Assembly: GCA_011605725.1 (NCBI GenBank) | Contig: JAAOZP010000012.1 | Coordinates: forward strand, 192,001-256,000 | Direction: 5' to 3' | From: Nitrososphaerota archaeon | GTDB lineage: Archaea; Thermoproteota; EX4484-205; JAAOZP01 | DNA: 64,000 bases | Part shown: piece by piece, positions 56,744 through 64,000 of the stretch | Numbering within the stretch: position 1 is the first letter of the stretch | Layout of the letters: every line of letters begins with the position of its first letter | Notes under the pieces: model-generated | The model's input: only the letters and a program-made list of their open reading frames with translations | Told to the model about the DNA's origin: nothing | The model's database searches: none | Program-made: the position numbers and the translations under genes

Positions 56744-57958
56744 TTGGCAAAAGTTTCAGTTGTAAAGATTCCGCGAAAATGTTTCGACGAAGATGTATTC
56801 AATGGCGTGGAGCATAGCATAGAGCTACTAGGGGGACCGGAGGCATTTGCAAAAAGTGGTGACAAGGTGGTTGTGAAACCTAACGTTTTAAACGCTAGTG
56901 ACGTTGAGACAACAGACCCCCGCGTAATATATGCTGTTTCGAAAATATTTAGGAATATTGGATGCGACGTAATCATTGGTGAGAACCCGCTTGTTGGAAC
57001 AATATCCAGCGAGGTCTTTGAAAAGATGCGGATGAGAGAAATCGCTGAGAAGGCTGGAGTCAGATTTGTCGATTTCCGTAAGGATGAGCAGGTAACTGTA
57101 GATGTTCCAAACGCAAGAGGCTGCCACACGTTAAGAATAGCTAAAACAGTAATGGATGCTGACCTCATAATTAGTCTACCAGTTATGAAGCATCATGGAT
57201 TATGCAACGTTACGCTGGGATTGAAAAACATGTGGGGCGTTATAGGACCATCTCAACGGCGACTCGGCCACCTTAACAGTCTTAATTGGACGCTTGCAGA
57301 GTTAAACAGAATCCTACGAGTGAGACTAACTGTTATAGATGGTTTAATAGGAGTTGGCTACAGTGAGGCTTTCCCACTGGGGCTTATAATAGCTGGCGAT
57401 GATCCTGTTGCAACAGACGCCGTAGCCTGCCTTAGAATGGGTTTCAATCCAATGAATATCGAGCATATTCGTTATGCTCACGAGCTCGGATTGGGAGAGA
57501 TAGACCCACAGAAAATAGAACTGACGGGAATAACGCTTGACCAGCTTGTTAGAGATGGAAAAGCTGCGAGAAAAATGTTTGTAATGCCTCTTGCGAAGCC
57601 TGCGAGGCTTCTTAAAAAGGCTAGGAACGTTAAGCTAGTTCAGGGGGATGTCTGCTCCGGCTGTGAGAAAAAGCTCTCAATAGCGATAAAAAAGATTGGC
57701 GTAAGGCAGATTGCTGAAGGTCCTAGAATGGCGATCGTTATTGGCAGGGGTGCTAAGCCTTTAGCTGGACGTATAAACATTATCATAGGCAGGTGTCTCC
57801 AAGAATACAGAGACAAAGGGATCTTTGTAGATTATTGTCCAGCCTATGATTCGGATATACAGCAGGCTATTGAAGTTGCTCTCGGAAAACGAGAGAAAAT
57901 CACATATCTCTGGGACGAGCTTGAGCAGAAGATGGAGAAGGGATTACCCGGAGCCTGA
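56744..57958 (+). CDS. DUF362 family (Fe-S associated) protein
   Basis: 'VVVKPN', 'TTDPRV', 'SLPVMKHH', 'TLGLKNMWG', 'D.VA.DAV', C-terminal 'CSGC', 'GRC', 'YCP'. Confidence 0.85.
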   Translation: MAKVSVVKIPRKCFDEDVFNGVEHSIELLGGPEAFAKSGDKVVVKPNVLNASDVETTDPRVIYAVSKIFRNIGCDVIIGENPLVGTISSEVFEKMRMREIAEKAGVRFVDFRKDEQVTVDVPNARGCHTLRIAKTVMDADLIISLPVMKHHGLCNVTLGLKNMWGVIGPSQRRLGHLNSLNWTLAELNRILRVRLTVIDGLIGVGYSEAFPLGLIIAGDDPVATDAVACLRMGFNPMNIEHIRYAHELGLGEIDPQKIELTGITLDQLVRDGKAARKMFVMPLAKPARLLKKARNVKLVQGDVCSGCEKKLSIAIKKIGVRQIAEGPRMAIVIGRGAKPLAGRINIIIGRCLQEYRDKGIFVDYCPAYDSDIQQAIEVALGKREKITYLWDELEQKMEKGLPGA

Positions 57959-58039
57959 GTGGTTTAAAGGGATTAAGCGCGTGCTAAACTGAGTAGAACA
58001 GGTTCCAATAGTATGTTTTGGCGATTGAGACTACTGTCC

Positions 58040-59316
58040 TTAGGAAGACTCATCACGGGCCCCCTTCGATGACCTAAGGCAGTCAATAATCGCTTGAAAT
58101 ATTTGGTCTCCAGCATCTGGTGTTACTCTGCTCCAGCGTGCAAGCCTGGTTTCATAAGACCCTTTTTCAAAAGCTGCCTTATCAGGAATATATCCAACAT
58201 AATCCTCCGAGTATGCGGAGATTATTGTAGACCCATATCTCATTGTATTCGCCTCCTTATTTATCTTCAACCAGAATTCGACGAACAGTTCCCCGGGAAC
58301 AGATATGAATGCGACCTCGCTCCCCAGAGTCAGAGTCTGAACCAGCGTTTCAACCGCTCTCTTACTCTCCTTCGCAATTTCATACTCCTCATCAGCATAG
58401 AGAAGACTTGTGGCACACATTTGATCGTCCAACTTACTCTTACAAAGCTCATACTGCTCTAAGAATCTTCTCCTCGCCACTTCGAAGGGAGGCGGTCCCT
58501 AAGCTTCAACCTTACGATTCTATTCTGAACACTTATCCCATCGGGGACAAGTTCAACGGTGTTTCTCACCGCATCCATTAACGCGTGTTCCATACTTAAG
58601 CCCATTTTCGACATGAACCCCCTGCCCTTCTCCACAGGGTCAATATCTCCTGCCGATCCGGTTGTGAAAAAGACTTCAAAACCGTTTCTAAGCATCCTGG
58701 CGTAAAGTTCGCCAGGGTAGTCTGCGGAAACACCAAGATCAGTATTGCATACAGGGTGGCAGCAATAATTCGTCAAAACAATGTTAGAATCTCTATTTCT
58801 GATAAGCATGAAAGGCATGCGTTCATCGACAACATCATTCTTATACGTCCTATTGTAGGTTAAGCCCAAGACCTGAGTCATTCCGAGCCTAATGGAGGCG
58901 GGTATAGAGTTTTCACATGCTTCAGCCGCGGCTTCGACAATGCTCCCCATGAAGAAGCCCTCCCATTGTTTAAAAACCCTTTTCTCTTGACTCGTATATG
59001 GAAAAGTGTTTGGCCACATTGGAGTTATTGTCTCAGGCCCCGAGTGAGTATGCGTTGTTGTTAAAAATATTCGGGTTGAACTTATCCCAACCTTCTCTTG
59101 AATAATCCTCTTGACGCTGTCTGCAAAGTCCCTGTAAACTCCAAGCACATCGCAATGTATTAGAAGCACGGCTTCACCACGCGACTCCATATGTATAACG
59201 CTGACCATAAGAGGATCATGGATTGATTTAGAAGGACGGCCTAATCTATGCGCATAACCACCCAGCCTCAACCCTATGGGAGGCGTCACATCCCTCTTCG
59301 CATAACCAATCTTCAT
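58040..59316 (-). pseudogene. Neutral/alkaline ceramidase-like protein split by a single frameshift near 58485
   Basis: 'DVTPP.G..LGGY', 'HDPL', 'THTHSGP', 'NYCCHP', 'SADYPG', 'G.AGDI'; the second frame carries 'PGELF', 'YVGYIP', 'YE'. Confidence 0.8.
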
Positions 59317-59486
59317 ACCTATACGCCCTCTGGAAACGAGCCTCAACCGATTTTCAGCTTCGCAACATATTAAGTTTTTCGCGAAACATCATTTCCCCAT
59401 CTTTTTGAAATCCTGATCACTATCAGAAGAAAGGTCTTAAAAAGTCGTCCAGCTAAGAACGCGTGTTGTTGAACCAGCCTGCTACT

Positions 59487-60806
59487 TTAGTCGAGCTCTC
59501 TGATCTGCCGTTTCCTAGCGCCTCTAAGCCTCAATCCGTATTGAATCGTTAGAAGCTTCTCCGGCGTGAGCAACATACTGGTAGCGTAGAGGACGAGGAC
59601 CGTTAAGGCTGCGGAATACGGTATCCCGAGAATAGTTTCTAAAGGCACTGACGTCATCATGTCTCTAGCTATCATTATTGGGTATGATGTTGGTAAAGCA
59701 TATACTAGAAGCTGGAGAGCTAGAGGCAGCGTGCCTAGGTCCCCGTACATCATAAGGAAAGAGGGAACCATTATTGGGACTATTACTACTACCAGAAGAG
59801 AGTTCGCCATCCTGACATCGCTGCTTAGCGCTCCAATCGCCACGCCGAGAGAAGTTACGAAAAGTATTGCAAGTATCAGGCTGACGGCGAGAAGTATAAA
59901 GCTTTCTGGCGGTGGCGAAGGAAGTAATTGGGAAATGTTTCCAATGGGAAAGCCGAAACCTTGCATTGAAAGCATATTGTTAAAGTATAGGATGAACCCG
60001 CCTGTAAACAGGATGCTTCCAATCACAGCCAAGATGGAAGAGCCAAGCAGCTTTGCCAGCAGAATTTCATAGCGTGTCACTGGAAAGGTTAACAGCGTCT
60101 CCAACGTTTTCTCCTCGTTCTCAACCGCGGTTGCGGTAGCGGCGAACTGAACAACGGTAATCGATAAAATTAAAAGCAGCAGTGGAATCATAATACTGTA
60201 TCCCATTAGGAGTTGATTGAAAAATATTTGAGGAGGAACTTCAATTATTTTGTCCTTAAGTATTGAACGGGCTGAAATATTGAACGGGTCTCGAACAACA
60301 TCCGGAGAAATATTCGGATTAAGCTTCGACACTAACATGTTGCTGAAAAATTTCGAAGATAAGGTTAACATTCCCTCGATAGACGTGTAAACTCCTATTG
60401 AAGCTAGGCTCACGCTCTCCATTACCACATACACCTCAATGCTTGCCTTCCTGTAGTTAACTAGATCATTCTCAAACCCTTTTCTTATAACTAGCAAGGC
60501 TTTTGAACCGAGGTTTCTCGCTTCACCGATCGCAACCTCCAAGTCAGGAACATCTATTTTTACAATATCTGCACCTAGGCTGACGGACAGGTTTAAGAGG
60601 GTGTTGCTTAACGCAGTCTTATCACAGTCAAGCACAGCTATCTTCACACTCCTAGCGCCGGCTTCGATAGAGCTGCTCATCGAGGTTGAAATCAGGAAGC
60701 CGAGCAGCGGCATCAGTATCACTGGTATTACAAGGCCTATGTATATCCTAGGGTCTCTCAGAAGATCCTTAACCTCCTTCTCAACCAGTGGAAAAAGCCT
60801 CCTCAT
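59487..60806 (-). CDS. ABC-2 type exporter permease (NatB-like)
   Basis: 'KEVKDLLRDPR', 'ENEEKTLETLLT.PVTR..IL.AK', multiple TM helices. Confidence 0.88.
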   Translation of the reverse strand: MRRLFPLVEKEVKDLLRDPRIYIGLVIPVILMPLLGFLISTSMSSSIEAGARSVKIAVLDCDKTALSNTLLNLSVSLGADIVKIDVPDLEVAIGEARNLGSKALLVIRKGFENDLVNYRKASIEVYVVMESVSLASIGVYTSIEGMLTLSSKFFSNMLVSKLNPNISPDVVRDPFNISARSILKDKIIEVPPQIFFNQLLMGYSIMIPLLLLILSITVVQFAATATAVENEEKTLETLLTFPVTRYEILLAKLLGSSILAVIGSILFTGGFILYFNNMLSMQGFGFPIGNISQLLPSPPPESFILLAVSLILAILFVTSLGVAIGALSSDVRMANSLLVVVIVPIMVPSFLMMYGDLGTLPLALQLLVYALPTSYPIMIARDMMTSVPLETILGIPYSAALTVLVLYATSMLLTPEKLLTIQYGLRLRGARKRQIRELD

Positions 60807-61534
60807 CTACTGGCCACCTCGATAAAAGCCTCTTCCAGATTCGAAGCTCCAAGCTCATTTTTAATCTTCTTCGGCTCTCCTTCAAAAAGAACGTGACCCC
60901 GATGTATGAAAGCAACTCTGGTACACAGGTATTCTACTTCAAGCATATTATGGCTCGAAAGAACTATCGTTCCCCCCTCTTTGACATGTCTGCTTATAAC
61001 CTCCCTTATGTGCTTCGCATGGAAAACATCTAAGCCTGAAGTAGGCTCGTCTAAAATCGCCAGCTTCGGCCTCGTCATCAATGCTCTAGCTATCTGGAGC
61101 CTCCTCTTCATACCCTTGCTGTAAGTCTTCATCCTATCATCCACCCTTTCACCAAGTCCTGAGATGCTTATTGCCTCCTCAACAGCCCTGGATGCTTCAA
61201 CATTTGAATCAAAATATATTCTTGCAACTATAGACAAGTATTCGCGTCCACTCAGGTTTCTATACGTGCCAGCATCTTCAGCCAAGTATGAGATTAAAGG
61301 CCTGATTTTACTAGCTTCTTTAACAGCATCATAGCCAAGTATTTCGACGTAGCCTCTTGTCGGCAGAAGCAGTGCCGCCATTATTCTGAGAATAGTTGTC
61401 TTGCCCGCGCCGTTCGGCCCTATTAACCCATATATTTCACCTTTCTCAATCTGTAGCGAAACCCCGTCGACAGCCACTAGATCCCCGAAGCGTTTAACAA
61501 GGTTTCTGACTACAACTATGCTTCCAGCCCTCAC
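60803..61534 (-). CDS. ABC transporter ATP-binding protein (NatA-like)
   Basis: Walker A 'GPNGAGKTT', signature 'YSKGMKRR', Walker B 'ILDEPTSGLD', 'SSH'. Confidence 0.95.
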   Translation of the reverse strand: MRAGSIVVVRNLVKRFGDLVAVDGVSLQIEKGEIYGLIGPNGAGKTTILRIMAALLLPTRGYVEILGYDAVKEASKIRPLISYLAEDAGTYRNLSGREYLSIVARIYFDSNVEASRAVEEAISISGLGERVDDRMKTYSKGMKRRLQIARALMTRPKLAILDEPTSGLDVFHAKHIREVISRHVKEGGTIVLSSHNMLEVEYLCTRVAFIHRGHVLFEGEPKKIKNELGASNLEEAFIEVASR

Positions 61535-61685
61535 CGTGAACTCGTCCTATCGTAAGAAGGAAACTATTTAATTCTTATGTGGAAGGATACGGAGGCTGTT
61601 CAAAAGGTAGCGCGCGACCTCAGATTCCAGGTGCAAACAACCTCTAAGAAAGGTTTAATAGCATGCGAGTAACTAAACATTAAGA

Positions 61686-62117
61686 ATGAGCGAATTACGG
61701 TATTATAGAGACTTCTCTTTAATCATGATGAGCCGGATTCTTGAGAAAGAATTTGGGAAGGAGGCACTGGACGTTTTGATAGACTGGAGGAATAGGAGGA
61801 TCGAGGAGGAATGGAGAAAGCGAAGCCTAGAGGCGAAGGACAGGACTCCCAGATACTTTCTAACATTGTTCAGCAAGGAGGCTCATGAATTTGAAGTCTT
61901 AGAAGAAAGCGAGAAAGCTTTGGAAGTTATCGTTAAGAAGTGTATTCATGCGGAAATCTTTAAAAAGTTTAACGCAACAGACATTGGGGAAAAACTTATC
62001 TGCAGCGGGGATCATTATGTTGTAAAAGGATTCAATCATGGGATAGAACTTGTTAGAGATAAGCTTTTAATGAGAGGAGACGACTGTTGCCATTTCCTTT
62101 TTAGGTTGAAAAAATAA
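61686..62117 (+). CDS. L-2-amino-thiazoline-4-carboxylate hydrolase-like (V4R-like) protein
   Basis: 'VKKCIHAE.FK', 'IG..LICSGD', 'FN..IEL.R...LM.GD.CC.F'. Confidence 0.78.
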   Translation: MSELRYYRDFSLIMMSRILEKEFGKEALDVLIDWRNRRIEEEWRKRSLEAKDRTPRYFLTLFSKEAHEFEVLEESEKALEVIVKKCIHAEIFKKFNATDIGEKLICSGDHYVVKGFNHGIELVRDKLLMRGDDCCHFLFRLKK

Positions 62118-62161
62118 TGATTCTGAAAAAACTTATAAAGCGATTGCAGTCGACCGTTCAC

Positions 62162-63031
62162 ATGGTTTACAAAATAGGAATAGTTGGATCAGACAATTCC
62201 CACGCGATTACTTTTTCACAGATTGCAAACGGAATAGACCAGGAAAATTACGTCCCGGGTTTTCGAGTAACCTATCTCTTCGGGTTCGACGAAACTAGAA
62301 ATAGAGAGGTTGCGGAGAAAGGCGGTATTGAAAAAATTGTTTCAGATATAAATGAGATGATTGGAAACATTGATATCGCGTTTATTGAATTTAGACACGG
62401 CGGGCTACATTTGGAATACGCTAAGCCATTCATAGAAAACAGGATTCCGGTTTTCGTGGATAAGCCGCTAGCAGCCACGGTAGCGGACGCTGTAAAAATC
62501 ATCGAGTTAGCGAAGGAGAAACAGACTCTTCTAACGAGCTTTTCAACCCTGAGGTTTACGGATGCTGTGCAAGACCTCAAAAAAATTTTTAGAAACGAGG
62601 AGCCGGTTTTCCTAAGCGTACTAGGCCCGGGAGACCTTGAAAGCGAGTATGGCGGATTAATCTTCTACGGGGTGCATTGCACAGAGATTTTTAATGAGGT
62701 TGCGGGAACCGGAGTGAGAGAGGTCTATGCAACCATGAAGAATAAAAACATAATCGCGACGCTGATTCATGAGAAGTTGATTGGAACAATAAAGATCGCT
62801 CCTGAAATGCCCTATGTTTTTTCACTAGAAGGCCTAACTAAGAAAACCCATTTCTCAGCCAAGGTCGACTATAAGGATTGCTACAAGAAGGGGATGATGA
62901 AGATCAAGGAGATGCTTGACAACAAGCAGTGGATTCTTTCAGGAGAAGAGATGCTTGAGCCAGTAGCAATCGTTAAAGCAATTGAGGAAAGCATTAGGGA
63001 ATCGTCCAGAAAACCTGTCTTACAGCCTTAA
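62162..63031 (+). CDS. Gfo/Idh/MocA family oxidoreductase (short type)
   Basis: 'IGIVGSDNSHA..F', 'FVDKPLA', 'SFSTLRF', 'FYGVH..E'; the ATG at 62162 is preferred. Confidence 0.85.
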   Translation: MVYKIGIVGSDNSHAITFSQIANGIDQENYVPGFRVTYLFGFDETRNREVAEKGGIEKIVSDINEMIGNIDIAFIEFRHGGLHLEYAKPFIENRIPVFVDKPLAATVADAVKIIELAKEKQTLLTSFSTLRFTDAVQDLKKIFRNEEPVFLSVLGPGDLESEYGGLIFYGVHCTEIFNEVAGTGVREVYATMKNKNIIATLIHEKLIGTIKIAPEMPYVFSLEGLTKKTHFSAKVDYKDCYKKGMMKIKEMLDNKQWILSGEEMLEPVAIVKAIEESIRESSRKPVLQP

Positions 63032-63603
63032 CCCATTTTAACGCTTATCGAGACTCCTGCCCCAGTAGGTACTATGGCGGTTCTCCATATTCCATCAGAA
63101 GCCTCGTTTAGAAAATCCGCTATGGCCCCATACGGATGCTTAACGTTATGTGCGATTATCACTCCGCCTGTAAGGATCCTGCTCTTAATTAGGTTGAAAA
63201 ACTCTAAGTATTGTTCTTTTTCAATATCCATGAAGACTAGATTCAGCCCAGTAACTTTCCCGACATACTTCAACGCATCTCCATTAACCGGTGTGATCAG
63301 ATGCTCCAAACGATACTTGGCAACAAGCTCCTTGAGCCTTCTGAATCGTCGAATATTCTTCTCAACAGCATAGACATTACCATCAACCCCTGACTCTAAA
63401 ATAGCTTTAGCAATCCATACCGTTGAAAAACCTACGCCCGCACCAGCGTCCATGGCTTTCAAACATCCAAACCGTGTAGCCGTCAGAAAGGCTGTTGAGA
63501 AAAGCACGTAACCATCCTCCATCCCTATCGCGGGAACCCCTAGGTCCTTAGAAGCATCGTGAGCCTCCAGAATAATATGGTTCCAAGCGTAATCTTCCCG
63601 CAT
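63028..63603 (-). CDS. Class I SAM-dependent O-methyltransferase
   Basis: 'DAGAGVGFSTVWIA', 'GDAL', 'VFMDIEKEQY', 'GGVIIAHN'. Confidence 0.88.
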   Translation of the reverse strand: MREDYAWNHIILEAHDASKDLGVPAIGMEDGYVLFSTAFLTATRFGCLKAMDAGAGVGFSTVWIAKAILESGVDGNVYAVEKNIRRFRRLKELVAKYRLEHLITPVNGDALKYVGKVTGLNLVFMDIEKEQYLEFFNLIKSRILTGGVIIAHNVKHPYGAIADFLNEASDGIWRTAIVPTGAGVSISVKMG

Positions 63604-63659
63604 TGCTGCTCAGCATAGTCCATGGTTTAAACCTATAAACTTAGCGGAGGACTCGCAGA

Positions 63660-64000
63660 TTAATGTTTATGACGAGCCTGACGACAACCTTCAGTCAACT
63701 CTTCAAGCTCATCTTTAACACAGGATGAAACCAGGTCTCTGACAATGTTTGAATTAGCTTTTAAGACAGCTATCTTCGCCTGCTGGAATATGGCCAGTGC
63801 CCTCGGCCCCATTCCGTAGGCGATTACTGCGTCAGGCTTAAGTTGCAGAATACGGTCAGCAGGCCGTCCTGTTCCTCCGAAATGTTCACCCTCATTGCGC
63901 ACAGTCTCCTGCTTCAGGATTTTACCCTCCTCATCCAGCTCAAAGACCATGAAGAAGGGAGCTCTGCCGAAATGTTCGGATAAGCGTGAATCCAAGCCAC
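63660..64000 (-). CDS. NifB/NifX (FeMo-cofactor-binding fold) family protein, 5' end probably outside the window
   Basis: 'SEHFGRAPFF', 'GMGPRA...F', C-terminal 'C...RHKH'. Confidence 0.85.
   Translation of the reverse strand, partial: GLDSRLSEHFGRAPFFMVFELDEEGKILKQETVRNEGEHFGGTGRPADRILQLKPDAVIAYGMGPRALAIFQQAKIAVLKANSNIVRDLVSSCVKDELEELTEGCRQARHKH

Noticed and set aside
58480-58495. Programmed -1 ribosomal frameshift in the ceramidase-like gene
   Set aside because: C-CCT-TCG is not a canonical X-XXY-YYZ slippery heptamer and no stimulatory structure was evident; mutation or error is more parsimonious.
1431-59316. A sphingolipid degradation pathway from GH116 'glucosylceramidase' plus the 'ceramidase'-like gene
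   Set aside because: The family names reflect eukaryotic members; the genes are 54 kb apart and prokaryotic homologs have broader or unknown substrates.
24193-61616. CG tracts interpreted as MITE or IS terminal repeats
   Set aside because: Flanking bases differ at every site, and no shared internal sequence or target-site duplication is visible.
1-64000. Numerous 60-180 aa ORFs antisense to or nested within the called genes (for example 851-1192, 8329-8799, 27807-28346, 31290-31745, 40970-41287, 56716-57168)
   Set aside because: They overlap well-supported genes, carry no recognisable motifs, and have the Ser/Pro/Thr-rich composition typical of shadow ORFs.
1-64000. CRISPR arrays, tRNA or rRNA genes, intact IS transposases or integrases
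   Set aside because: I recognised no regularly spaced repeats, cloverleaf/T-loop signatures or transposase motifs by eye; small ncRNAs cannot be excluded without a covariance search.
63660-64000. Nitrogen fixation inferred from the NifB/NifX-like gene
   Set aside because: Stand-alone members of this family are widespread in non-diazotrophic archaea, and no nif structural genes are present in the window.

Overview
This 64-kb window is archaeal chromosomal DNA. The evidence is FEN-1, a PINA-type ATPase, nadA-nadC-nadX, an AbrB-PIN toxin-antitoxin pair, and TATA-like boxes about 25 nt before start codons. The sugar-rich gene content resembles a heterotrophic TACK archaeon such as Brockarchaeota or Bathyarchaeia; this is an inference. 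About 55 CDSs are present, dominated by carbohydrate utilisation: GH116, GH35, GH78, GHL6-like, DUF6259, four Gfo/Idh/MocA oxidoreductases and two PfkB kinases. I recognised no rRNA, tRNA, CRISPR array or intact transposase. Four things stand out. (1) Short (CG)n tracts of 7-9 nt recur only outside intact genes, and several sit exactly at deletion junctions of broken genes, suggesting a repair or deletion scar. (2) An NAD-kinase-fold protein with a degenerate GGDG motif and a C-terminal winged HTH is divergent from nadA-nadC-nadX, a candidate NAD(P)-sensing regulator. (3) A four-gene heptose-type operon has a DHS-like::GmhA fusion and no nucleotidyltransferase. (4) A cell-surface module pairs a membrane-anchored serpin with a gingipain-like C25 protease. 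All family calls come from motif recognition by eye, not database searches.
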